From contig OY969695.1 in the NCBI GenBank assembly GCA_963701965.1, positions 4,288,001 to 4,352,000 of the forward strand: a stretch of 64,000 nt of DNA, given 5' to 3'. Each line of letters opens with the position of its first letter. The first letter of the stretch is position 1. The notes beneath the pieces are model-generated. The model was not told where the DNA came from. It ran no database searches and saw only the letters and a program-made list of their open reading frames with translations. Below, piece after piece: positions 20,719 through 30,549 of the stretch. Source of the DNA: an uncultured Gemmatimonadales bacterium. GTDB taxonomy: Bacteria; Gemmatimonadota; Gemmatimonadetes; Gemmatimonadales; Gemmatimonadaceae. A program made the translations under genes and the position numbers.

Positions 20719-22014
20719 ATGATCGCAAGCTGTCTGGTGCTGCCAACCGAACGCCCAGTTCGCCTGCATGACATCAAGCGCGCTCTCTTGACATACGACC
20801 GCGTCCACCTGATGTCGCCTGATGATCGCGACGTGATAAGTCCCGAGTATTACCTGGCGGCACTGATGAACTTTCCCATGGCGCTCCCCGGGACGTCCGT
20901 GCGTATCCTAGGCAAAACACCGGGCTATGACGACTCGTTTCAGCAGGTGCTTGACGAAGCGGGATCTGCAGTCGAGCAGAATTTGCTGCAAGTGACCGGT
21001 GCCGGGTCCAAGCCGCAGACAATGCCTTTGATGCGCACGAGCGACGGAGTATTGACGATCGGTGGTTCTGAAGGCGTTGGTCCAAATGCCGTGTTCGCCG
21101 GTAGTCGGAAAGGTGTTGAATCACAACTCTTATACCAGACGTATCGACGGGCTACAACGGATCCCGCCTTGGTTGCCGCAATTAGCCGCGGGATGGACGA
21201 CTTCCTAGTCGGCAGCAACGGCATTCGCGATGAACTGGCGCCGGTTGGTATGGATGATTTTCCCTTGGCTGTCACCTATGCGCCTCCACCTCTCCCTTAT
21301 CCGAGAGGCGTGCAATCCGACGAAGCGCGCGCGGTGCTGAATCGACTCTGTCAAGCCCGTGTTGGGAGTGCCGTCAAGAGTCTAGCAGCTTGCGATACCA
21401 ATCGTCTTGCACCACTGACATCAGATCCCGGCATGGCGGCGTTCATCGCTCAATTGAACGCGAACGTAGCGACGGTCGATCTTGACGGGGTTGACGAACG
21501 TCTTTTGCACCTCATCGGAATGCGAGAGCTACATGATCTAGTAATCGCTGAGTATGTCGACGAAGCTCAGCTTCGCGAACTGTCGATCGCAGACGTTGTG
21601 CGAAAACGCACGGCTGCTTGGGGCAAGGCTCGAGAGAGTCGAGCGGAACTCGGTCGAGTCGTCCTGCGCTTGGTGCGCGAAGAGCGCGACGTTCCGAAGC
21701 TTCGCGAGCGCATTCGGGTTGCTCTTGCTGAGCACCGTTCGGCACGGAACGCCTATGATCATGAGCAAAAGAAGCTCATAACGAATATCGGGATGACTCT
21801 CGGAACGGCCGTACTCGGCAGCAGCGGCGCAGTGCTTTTGGAGCGGATGTGGGCCTTAGGAACAACTGGGACGGTCCTTGCTATCGGCGCGTTCGGCGTC
21901 AATTGGCTGAGGCAGAATGCCCTTCAAGTCATGGACGTCTTAAACGCTCGCGAGAACGTTCAGGAGGTAACCGGCTACTCTTTGATTCAACCGTACGAAC
22001 CGTTCATGGCCTGA
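20719..22014 (+). CDS. Hypothetical protein with C-terminal hydrophobic helices
   Basis: About 430-aa ORF; ALLTYDRVHL near N-terminus; two Gly/Ala-rich hydrophobic segments near C-terminus. Confidence 0.8.
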   Translation: MIASCLVLPTERPVRLHDIKRALLTYDRVHLMSPDDRDVISPEYYLAALMNFPMALPGTSVRILGKTPGYDDSFQQVLDEAGSAVEQNLLQVTGAGSKPQTMPLMRTSDGVLTIGGSEGVGPNAVFAGSRKGVESQLLYQTYRRATTDPALVAAISRGMDDFLVGSNGIRDELAPVGMDDFPLAVTYAPPPLPYPRGVQSDEARAVLNRLCQARVGSAVKSLAACDTNRLAPLTSDPGMAAFIAQLNANVATVDLDGVDERLLHLIGMRELHDLVIAEYVDEAQLRELSIADVVRKRTAAWGKARESRAELGRVVLRLVREERDVPKLRERIRVALAEHRSARNAYDHEQKKLITNIGMTLGTAVLGSSGAVLLERMWALGTTGTVLAIGAFGVNWLRQNALQVMDVLNARENVQEVTGYSLIQPYEPFMA

Positions 22015-22111
22015 AATCGCCTGTCATTCTGCCTGTGGAGAACCGAGGGGCAGGTTCCACATTGGCGTTCGCTGCGCGGCGAAACGGGATCGGACCGATA
22101 TCCCTATATCC

Positions 22112-23476
22112 CTATGGTCTCACAGCTGGTAAGCCCCCAACTCGCGCTCGTAGTTCTTCCGCCGTGGCGGGGACGTTGTTTGCTCCTTTGCGCAAATAGG
22201 AAAACCCGGTCTGATAGACTGAGTGGAGCATGCCGGCGGAGGATCGCGGAACACGGATTCGGCAGATGTCGTGATCGGCGAATTTCACCCAGCCGATTTC
22301 GACAAGGACGGTCGGTGAGAGCCCATCGCTGAGACGTTGGCGGATGAGCTGAACGTAGTAGTCCATCGCTTCCGAGGGCTCCTTGCCATCTCGTTTGGCC
22401 AGTTTATGGACCTCGCCATGTACGCCTACGACGGCTAGTTGATCGGTTACGCCGACGAAGATCACACCACCGCGCGTGTTCGCAAAGGCGCAGGCGCTCT
22501 GAAGAAGTTCGACTGACTTCGGATCCCCCGCGACGGGAGGTAACCACGCCTTCACCTCCACCACATCGCTCTCGCCTCGCCGAAGCACCTCGGCGAGCTC
22601 GGGTTCGTTGCGACTGGTGGACCCCGGAAAGAGCCCTTCTGCACGCAGAGATGGCGCCGAGGCCGTCTCGTCGAAGGAGTCGAGCGAGGCCGAGGCACCA
22701 TCGAGCAGGTATGCGCGCACATGACGGAATGCTGCGCGGACTGGGACGTGAAGCAGCTCTTCCTTGGTCGTGGCCCATTCCTCGTGCACACGTCCGGCAT
22801 AGTCAGTCATCCGGACGCACGCGTGCAGCGTGCCCGTGTTTGTTCGACCAAGGCCAATGATGAGCTGATTGTCGTCAAGCCGCATTGATCGAAAGAAGGC
22901 GCGATAGTCTCGTATCTGAAGATCCACCTCGAGGGTCGGGCGGTGCTGTGTAACCAGACCCGGAATGCCGAGCCAATGCGCGGCCGCATCCCCGAGTGTT
23001 TCCGCGAGAAAGCGCTCCTCCGGGTTCGCGAATGGACCATTCGCCGGCCAAGATGGGAAGGTGTCCGCGATAGTTCCTTGGAGTGTGGATCTCCAGATGG
23101 GCGAATCGCCGACCGCATCGCTCCAGCTACGGTGCAGGATCTGCGAGCCTATGCCCCATGCATCGCGAACACCAACCCGGTCCGAATCGCGACAGGCGTC
23201 CCACACGAATTCGCGGAGCGCGTTGACACTGGACATCTTAGTCGCCTGATCAACCTTGGACACAAATCGCACCGGGCCGGCGGTGAAGGTGCGACCCGAA
23301 GTCTGCGGGTCAAAGCCAATGCGAAGCCCGCGCGCATAGGGCTGAAGCTGGCCATTGGATGTTTCGTACAGTACGGCACGTACCTCAATTGTGTCCGGCG
23401 CGCCGAGCAACTCCGGTGCGGTTCGGATGATATCGACTATTTCCTCCATACTGAACGCCCGCTGCGTCGGAAGCAT
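22112..23476 (-). CDS. Schlafen/AlbA_2 domain protein with unknown N-terminal domain
   Basis: GESDVVEVK...ACAFANTRGGVIFVGVTD...YLRKGA. Confidence 0.88.
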   Translation of the reverse strand: MLPTQRAFSMEEIVDIIRTAPELLGAPDTIEVRAVLYETSNGQLQPYARGLRIGFDPQTSGRTFTAGPVRFVSKVDQATKMSSVNALREFVWDACRDSDRVGVRDAWGIGSQILHRSWSDAVGDSPIWRSTLQGTIADTFPSWPANGPFANPEERFLAETLGDAAAHWLGIPGLVTQHRPTLEVDLQIRDYRAFFRSMRLDDNQLIIGLGRTNTGTLHACVRMTDYAGRVHEEWATTKEELLHVPVRAAFRHVRAYLLDGASASLDSFDETASAPSLRAEGLFPGSTSRNEPELAEVLRRGESDVVEVKAWLPPVAGDPKSVELLQSACAFANTRGGVIFVGVTDQLAVVGVHGEVHKLAKRDGKEPSEAMDYYVQLIRQRLSDGLSPTVLVEIGWVKFADHDICRIRVPRSSAGMLHSVYQTGFSYLRKGANNVPATAEELRARVGGLPAVRP

Positions 23477-23607
23477 TTCTCCCCGTTAGTGTGATCGTGA
23501 GATCCCGAATGCCAGCCTTTCAAACTGCCGCAGAGTGCTAAAGCGCAATGAAAAGGCGACTCTCCGTAGCGGCTGATTGTAAGTAGACTCCACAGAGAGA
23601 AACGCTT

Positions 23608-23856
23608 TTAGCGCTTCCGTCGCTTCTGATCCCCCCGTGGCGTCCGATTCTCTGGAATCCACTCCAACAGCTCACCTGGTTGGACAGAGAGAGCCGTGCA
23701 GAGACGGTCAAGCATATCGTCCCCCAGGCGTTTGAACCGCCCATCGGCGTGTGCGAGGCGGTAGACCTGGGTCTCAGTAAGGCCGGACGCACGGGCCAGC
23801 TCGTACCACGACATGCCGCGCTGGGCCAGCACCGCTGTAAGACGCAATCGGACCAC
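23608..23856 (-). CDS. XRE/Cro HTH repressor
   Basis: RLRLTAVLAQRGMSWYELARASGL...LDRLCTALSVQPGELLEW. Confidence 0.9.
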   Translation of the reverse strand: MVRLRLTAVLAQRGMSWYELARASGLTETQVYRLAHADGRFKRLGDDMLDRLCTALSVQPGELLEWIPENRTPRGDQKRRKR

Positions 23857-23907
23857 CCGTCCTCCGCCACTGTAGAGACCGGCGTAGGAATGTGCGCAGC
23901 GGGCGTG

Positions 23908-23936
23908 TTGACGGTACTACACACACAGTGTAGTAT
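23908..23936 (+). promoter_or_regulatory. Sigma70-like promoter with an embedded palindromic operator
   Basis: TTGACG-17 nt-TAGTAT; TACTACAC-N5-GTGTAGTA at 23915-23935. Confidence 0.7.
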
Positions 23937-23986
23937 TGTCGACTCCTCGTTCCTTGGTGTAGTCCACTGCGTCCCGGAGGTCGTTC

Positions 23987-24331
23987 GTGCTTCCCAACCC
24001 AGCTCTAAGGCGAGCGATTCGCGCGCTCGCCCACACGTTGGAGAACCCGGCCGCCAACAATGCTGCAGGTCCTAGGTTCCATGCATGGCTCGCTGGCCAC
24101 TGTCAGACCTATAGTGAGTTGCCAACCGGGCCACGCTCCAAGACAGTTGCCTGGAGCGCCGCTGAGGAGTGGCCTGGCTCCATCGAGTGGTACGTGATCG
24201 ACGACTCAATAATCGGCAAGCCCGAGTACAGCGACAGCTGCTATCGCATTCCGCTTGCCGATTTCGAGAGCATCCCTCCAGTCCCTGAGTCTCGCCGCGT
24301 CTCGCGATCGTCCCGTCGGGCTAGAGTCTAG
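23987..24331 (+). CDS. Hypothetical protein
   Basis: GGAGG then GTG, first ORF after the predicted promoter. Confidence 0.45.
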   Translation: MLPNPALRRAIRALAHTLENPAANNAAGPRFHAWLAGHCQTYSELPTGPRSKTVAWSAAEEWPGSIEWYVIDDSIIGKPEYSDSCYRIPLADFESIPPVPESRRVSRSSRRARV

Positions 24332-24395
24332 AGTCGGCCGCGGTGGACGTACCACACTCGGCCCGGTAACACGGGCTGTTTCAGGAGGGACATTG

Positions 24396-24659
24396 GTGTC
24401 TACGACAGGAATGGCTCCATTAGAACGCAAGGCAGCGTTCAAAGCGGCCGTCACGTTGCACCAGCTTACAGCAGCCGAAGCGGCGCGCCTCTTCAAGATC
24501 TCCTACAACCACCTCATGCTCGTGCTGAGCGGCGACCGCAAAGGCTCTCAGCGCGTTCGCCATGCGATCGCCGCGTTCCTCGGTCGCACGGACATCGAAG
24601 TCTTCGGCATTCGTGTGCAGCGCGTGGCGCCCGAGGCTCCGATCAGTTCGGAGACATAG
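24396..24659 (+). CDS. Small Cro/Ner-like HTH protein
   Basis: AGGAGG RBS; TAAEAARLFKISYNHLMLVLSGDRKG...IAAFLG. Confidence 0.75.
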   Translation: MSTTGMAPLERKAAFKAAVTLHQLTAAEAARLFKISYNHLMLVLSGDRKGSQRVRHAIAAFLGRTDIEVFGIRVQRVAPEAPISSET

Positions 24660-24702
24660 CGCCGGCGCCACGGCGCCCGGTCTCTCGTGTGTCTTCCGTT
24701 GT

Positions 24703-24771
24703 GCGAGCAAGAGGATCGATAGCGGTGTCTCGTGCCTTCGGCACTCGTCCCGCTATCTGATCCTTGCTCGC
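24703..24771. other. Long imperfect palindrome; candidate oriT
   Basis: GCGAGCAAGAGGATCGATAGCGG...CCGCTATCTGATCCTTGCTCGC with inner GTGCC-TTC-GGCAC, upstream of mobC. Confidence 0.55.
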
Positions 24772-25413
24772 CGCCATTCGCACTCGGCTGCGCCAATGTG
24801 CTCAAGGCGGATCTTTATGCGTGGTAGTCAGCTTCCAGGTGCCGCCCTTCCACCAACGTCGTAGCGCGCCTCGAGCTTGGGCGATGGCCCGTGCATGAGC
24901 CGCGGGGCGCTTCGCTAGGGTAGGGCTTCGCCCCCGCGGCTCGAACTACGGAACCGCAAAGGACTGGCGCGGCGTGCCCACCATCCGGTTAGGCGGAAAC
25001 GTCTGTGAGGCACGCCGCGCCACGAAGCGGGTTGTCCCTGTCGATCGGCGTCGGTGCTCGCGACCCAGTGGCCGGCTAGCCGTGGAACTGTCCTTATCAG
25101 GCCGTGTGCCGTTTGCTGCCGCGCCTGTCTGCGTCCACGGTCCAGGGTGATCACAGCATCGCGTTGTGTCAACGCACAACTCGTTGTCCACGATCATCCC
25201 TCCAGTCGTGTCATCTACGTAGGTCCACGCATCGTCCTGTCGGTCTCCCGTCAGGTGAGCGATCATTGCGGATTTGGATAACCGGCGGGGTCTGGTAAGT
25301 AGAGGCACGACGATCAGCCCTCGCATAGACCGCGCGGGTTTCTCGACAGTCTCACAGGTGGAGCGCCTCTCGCTAGACGTCGCCCCAAACCCTTCCTACC
25401 GACGATTACTTCC

Positions 25414-25734
25414 ATGTCCGAACGTCGCAACAAACCCACGATGGTCCGCTGGACGCCGACCGAAATCGCTAGCGTCACCCAACGCGCGAAGGAATGCCAA
25501 ATCTCGGTCGCTCGCTTCGTCCGGGAATCCGCCCTCGGCGCCGTGCCGAAGGCCGCGCGTAACGTCGACCAAAAAGCGTTCCTTCGCGAACTCTCGCGCA
25601 GCGGCAACAACCTCAATCAGCTCGCGCACGAGGCCCATGCCCGGGACCTGTTCCCAGCCGCTGAGAAGCTTAAGGCCGCGCTCGCGGTCCATGTGGCCGT
25701 CCTCCGGCAACTGGCCGACGATACCGACACGTGA
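25414..25734 (+). CDS. mobC: MobC relaxosome protein (RHH)
   Basis: VRWTPTE...SVARFVRESAL, ELSRSGNNLNQLAH; 4-bp overlap with the relaxase. Confidence 0.92.
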   Translation: MSERRNKPTMVRWTPTEIASVTQRAKECQISVARFVRESALGAVPKAARNVDQKAFLRELSRSGNNLNQLAHEAHARDLFPAAEKLKAALAVHVAVLRQLADDTDT

Positions 25735-27261
25735 TCGTCAAGACGAGCAGCGGAAAGAGCTTCCGCGGCCTAGCGCGCTATCTCGTGGAGGGTCGGTCCG
25801 GTCACGAGCTGGACCGCGTCGACTGGACGTCGTCCCGGAATCTCGTCACCGACGAGCCAGCGCTGGCCGCCCGCCTGATGGAGGCGACCGCCGGTCAGAG
25901 TCTCCGGGTCCAGAAGCCCCTTTATCACGTGGCGCTGGCGTTCGACCCAACCGACACCGTCGACCGCCACAAGAATGGAACTCGTCGCGGATCGACTACT
26001 CCGGTCGCTTAACCTGGAGGAGTACCAAGCGCTGCTCGTGGCCCATCGAGACCGTGAGCACCAGCATGTCCACATCGTGGTTAATCGCGTCCATCCCGAG
26101 ACCGCCACGGCTTGGGAGCGCTGGCAGGATCGGCCCAGGATAGAGCGCACGCTGAGGGAGACGGAGCGCGAGCTGGGACTCCGCGAAGTGCCGGGGCGCC
26201 TCTACCGCACGCAGGGCCACGAGCTGCCGGAGCGGGCGCTTGAGACCTCCGGCGAACGTCACGCGTTCATGAGGACCCACGAGTTGTCATTCGCCGACAC
26301 CGTCCGTCTGCACGTCAAAGAGCTGCGCCAGGCGCGGTCATGGGAGGACTTGGCCGAGCGGCTGGCCGACCACGGACTCAGGATCGAGCCCAAGGGACAG
26401 GGAATCGTCTTTACCGACGGACACCAACAAGCCAAGGCGTCACGCGTCGCCCGCGACCTGTCGGTCAACCGGCTGGAGCAGAAGTTCGACGCACCATACC
26501 CGGGTCGCGCCCTCAACGAACCCGGACGCGAGATCGACCCCGCCATCCGAAGCTTGGTGCGCGATATTCGGACCTACGACGAGGCCACTCGGCATCACAA
26601 TCGGGTCGAAGAAGCGCAAGCCAATGCCCATGCGATCGCCGACCATGGGCACGCGGTGGATAGTGCCGCTCGTGGCTGGCGGAGTCGCGCGCAGGACGTC
26701 GACCGGGCGTTAGGGCGTGTCTACCAGAGGCCGGACGAAGCACGCGCGAGGCTCGGCGAGTGGGAGCACGCTCGTGGCAAGGACGCCGTCGCCCGAGCCC
26801 TCGCTGATCGGCCGGAGGAGTTCGGGCAGCTGCGCACGGTCGAAGAACGGGGGCTGCTCTTCACACGCTACAACGACACACAGGCGCGCGGCGACGCCCA
26901 ACGCGTTGGCCACGCGCTCAACGAGTACCGCGAGGCGGAGCAAGGCCTGCGCGCCTTACTCGGGCGTACGGGTGGTCCGCTCACTGAAGATCGCGTGAGC
27001 GCCGCGGAGCACGCGGCGGCGGTCGCCCGGGAAAGCGCCCAGGCCGCCGTCCACGAGTCGCACGAGTCGGGACGCCATCTGCCCGATCGGCGTGTGCTGC
27101 AACAAACGATTGGAGAGCTGACGGCGTCGCTGTCACCGCCCGAGATGCGTCTTCTGCGCACGTTCGTCACTGACGCCCAAGTCCGACTTGCCGTGCAGTT
27201 CAGAGAGCTCGTCCGCGAGCTCGCGCTGGGCCGCGATCGTGGGCTCGAGCTCGGCCGGTAG
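25731..27261 (+). pseudogene. MOBP-type relaxase, +1 frameshift at ~25974
   Basis: GKSFRGLARYL, LYHVALAF, AHRDREHQHVHIVVNRV (HUH). Confidence 0.9.
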
Positions 27262-27671
27262 TGGTGCGTAGACCGCCCGCCGTGGCGCCGCTCGACGTAC
27301 TGCGCACCACTTGGCGGGCCAGGCGCGAGGAGTTCGCCAGGTTCCGCGCGATTGTCGACGGTGCGACGCTATGCGACGCGCTGCTAGCGGACTTGGAGTT
27401 CACGCTCGCGGCGCGCGACGACGAAGCACTCACGTTGCGAGACGCGGCGGCACTGTCAGGGTACACCGCCGATCACCTCGCGCGCTTGATCCGGCAGGGC
27501 CGGCTTCCGAATGCCGGTAGGAAGCGAGCGCCACTCGTGCGCCGGCGAGATATCCCGCTCAAGGCGAATGGTACCTCGCGCCAAGCTGACGCAGACAGCT
27601 ATAATGTCGCATCCGACGCCCGGTCCCTCGTGCGGCGCCTCCGTATAGGAGGCGGAGATGGCACGAAGTAA
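27261..27671 (+). CDS. Excisionase-like HTH protein
   Basis: LTLRDAAALSGYTADHLARLIRQGRLP; overlaps the integrase start. Confidence 0.75.
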   Translation: MVRRPPAVAPLDVLRTTWRARREEFARFRAIVDGATLCDALLADLEFTLAARDDEALTLRDAAALSGYTADHLARLIRQGRLPNAGRKRAPLVRRRDIPLKANGTSRQADADSYNVASDARSLVRRLRIGGGDGTK

Positions 27672-28927
27672 TGGCTGGCGGAAGGTAGGGGACCGGTGGA
27701 CGCGATCGCTCGGCATGCGCGGGCTTCGCGTCCGGCTGTTTCAAAAGCGAAAGCATGGAGTGTTCTACCGGACACTGTGGGTCGGTGATGAAGGGAAGGA
27801 CCGCAAGTGTCTTGGTACGAACGATCGTAGAGAGGCGGAGCGTCTCGGTCGAGCGCTGATCGGTGAGTTGCGATCGGCGACGACCGGCATGACACCGACG
27901 GTTGCGCCCCAAACGTCATCGCTGACACTAGGTGAGCTGTGGCGGCGGTATAGCACGACGTGCGCCGCATTTCTGGATAACGTTGCTACCAGCAAAGCCA
28001 ATGCGCGCAACAGAGCAAAGGTCCTGTTGGCGTACTTTGGGAGCGCCTGTCGCGTTGAAACGTTGACCGGTGATGATCAGGCGGCCTATGAGATCGCTCG
28101 GCGTGCTGGTGGGATCCGCCTGCGAGACGAGCCTACACGGCCGGTACGCGCTCGATCAGCCGAAGCTGATTTGGTGCTCCTGCACCAGAATGCTCCGTTG
28201 GGCTACCACGGTGCGTGTCGATGGCAAGCGTCTATTGGAGAGTCACCCCCTTGCCGGTGTACGCCGTGTGCGCGAGCAGAATCCCAAGCGGCCAGTCGCG
28301 ACATGGGAGCGGTATCAATCCACACGCGCCGCGATGCGGAGGCTATCCGGCGAAGCCGAGGACAATGTGGATCGAGTCCGGTGGCTGAAGTTGGAGCTGG
28401 CGCTCGTGCTGGCGGAGGCTACCGGACGGCGGCTTGGGTCGATCCGCCAGCTCCAATGGGAAGACGTCGATTGGACCGCCGGCACCATTCAATGGCGAGC
28501 CGACGCGGATAAGAAGCGTCGGGAAGCAACGGTGCCGGTGCCCGCCGGATTGTTAGGCGAACTGAGATCATTTCGGAATGAATTGGGCACGGTCGGCGGG
28601 CTGGTCTTTTGCGCCGAGCATGACATCATGAAGGCCATGGACCGGCACCTATTCGACAAATGGCTAGCGTATGCCGAACGGAAGGCCGGATTGAAAAAGC
28701 TGGACGGCGGACTGTGGCACCCGTACCGTCGGAAGTGGGCGACGGAACGAAAGCACCTGTCGATCACCGACGTTGCCGAGGCGGGAGGGTGGCGGGATAC
28801 GGCCACCTTGCTGACCTGCTACGCGCGGCCGGATAACGAAACGCTCCTCGCAGTCATGAGCGAGGAGCGGAAGCTCCGAGACTACGCGGTCGGAGACAGA
28901 AACGGGCCCCAAACGGGCCCCCGTTAA
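27658..28927 (+). pseudogene. Tyrosine integrase of the tRNA-Pro element, +1 frameshift at ~28189
   Basis: ATGRRLGSI, DKK, WHPYRRKWAT, AGGW, CY; ends about 30 bp from att. Confidence 0.92.
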
Positions 28928-28957
28928 TCTTCGATTTTGTAAGTCCTTATAAATCAA

Positions 28958-29031
28958 TCGGGACGGCGGGATTTGAACCCGCGACCCCCTGAACCCCATT
29001 CAGGTGCGCTACCGGGCTGCGCTACGTCCCG
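28958..29031 (-). tRNA. tRNA-Pro(GGG), CCA not encoded
   Basis: CGGGACG acceptor stem, CCTGA-ATGGGGT-TCAGG anticodon arm, GGTTCAAATC T-loop. Confidence 0.97.
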
Positions 29032-29310
29032 TCGCCAGCCAAAGCCGGCGAACTGCGGGGCAAGCTAACCGCAGACGCCTACCCAGGCCAGCATTCCAGC
29101 CTAAACGGCCTCAACCACAGGCCGAGCAGCCGGAACCCCCGGGACGTAAATGACTTGATACAGTCGCATGCCCACCCCCACTCTCCGGCGCCGGTAACTT
29201 CCAGCGTCGCTCCCCGTTTCACCATCCGCAACACCCCAGAACCCCGCAATCGCGTGCCGGTCCGGCGCCGTAACCCGTATACTCCGGTCTCTCGGACGGC
29301 GTAACCGTCC

Positions 29311-30549
29311 ATGCGCGTTCTCATGTTCGGCTGGGAATTCCCGCCCTACCGGGCGGGCGGCCTGGCGACGGCCACGCTCGGACTCGTCAAAGGCCTCGCC
29401 ACCCGCGGCGTGGAGGTGACGTTGGTCGTTCCGTTCCCCGTCGACCAGAGCGCCATGGACCCCGCGCTCGCGCGCGCCCGCATCGTGAGCGCCCACGCCC
29501 ACACCGCCCGCGTCTCCGTCGTCCACATCGAGTCGCCCCTCACCCCCTACGGCACCGCCAGTCAGTACGTGACGGAACGCACCTGGCCGAGCGGCGCGCC
29601 CGCGCCCGCCGCCGTCTACGGCGCCGACCTCTTTCAGGAAGTCGAACGCTTCGCCGCCGTCGCCGCCGAGATCGCCCGCAACGAACCGCATGACGTGATC
29701 GATACCCACGACTGGATCACGTTCGCCGCCGGCCTCCGCGCCCGGGACGTCTCCGGTCGCCCCCTCGTCGCCCACATCCACGCCACCGAATACGACCGCT
29801 CCGCCGAAGGCGCCAACCCCGCCATCGTCGACCGCGAACGCGCCGGCCTCCACGGCGCCGACCGCGTCATCGCCAACAGCTACCGCCTCGCCCGCCGCGT
29901 CGTCCAAGACTACGGTCTCCCCGCCGACCGGATCGACGTCGTCCACTGGGGCGTCGACGGCGAACGCCGCCGCGCCCCGCGCACCGGGGAACGCATCCTC
30001 GGCGCCGCCAAACCCGTGCTGCTCTTCATCGGCCGCGTCACCCACCAGAAAGGCCCGCGCTACTTCGTCGACGTCGCCCGCCGCGTCGCCGACTTCCTGC
30101 CCGCCGCCCGCTTCGTCGTCGTCGGCGAAGGCGATGCCCTCGCCGACATGATCACCTACGCCACCGATCGCGGAGTCGCCGACCGCATGCTGTTCGCCGG
30201 CGGCGTCGCCGGCCCCGACGTCGACCGCGCGTACCGGATGGCCGACGTGTGCGTCATGCCATCGGTGAACGAACCGTTCGGACTCGTCGCCCTCGAAAGC
30301 CTCCGCAACGGCACACCCTGCATCGTGCCGCGCGACTCCGGCGTCGCCGAAGTTCTGGACAACGTGTTCAAGATCGACTTCTGGGACATCGACGAAATGA
30401 CCAACACCATCGTCGCCCTCACCCGCTACCCAGCCCTCGCCGAGACCATCCGCGAACTGGGATTTCGGGAGATCGGCTCGGCCCGACTCGGGCTCGACGA
30501 ACCGGCCCGGCGCACGGAAGCCGTCTACCACCGGGTGATCGATGGCTGA
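29311..30549 (+). CDS. GT4 glycosyltransferase
   Basis: MRVLMFGWEFPP, HDW, MPSVNEPFGLVALE. Confidence 0.93.
   Translation: MRVLMFGWEFPPYRAGGLATATLGLVKGLATRGVEVTLVVPFPVDQSAMDPALARARIVSAHAHTARVSVVHIESPLTPYGTASQYVTERTWPSGAPAPAAVYGADLFQEVERFAAVAAEIARNEPHDVIDTHDWITFAAGLRARDVSGRPLVAHIHATEYDRSAEGANPAIVDRERAGLHGADRVIANSYRLARRVVQDYGLPADRIDVVHWGVDGERRRAPRTGERILGAAKPVLLFIGRVTHQKGPRYFVDVARRVADFLPAARFVVVGEGDALADMITYATDRGVADRMLFAGGVAGPDVDRAYRMADVCVMPSVNEPFGLVALESLRNGTPCIVPRDSGVAEVLDNVFKIDFWDIDEMTNTIVALTRYPALAETIRELGFREIGSARLGLDEPARRTEAVYHRVIDG

Larger units (their letters stand above)
13770..29001. mobile_element. Integrative mobilizable element (~15.2 kb) in tRNA-Pro(GGG)
   Basis: 46-bp direct repeats; int, xis, relaxase and MobC at the tRNA end; lower GC; no T4SS or phage structural genes. 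Confidence 0.92.

Noticed and set aside
5850..28955. Prophage
   Set aside because: No capsid, terminase, tail or lysis genes; relaxase and MobC indicate an IME
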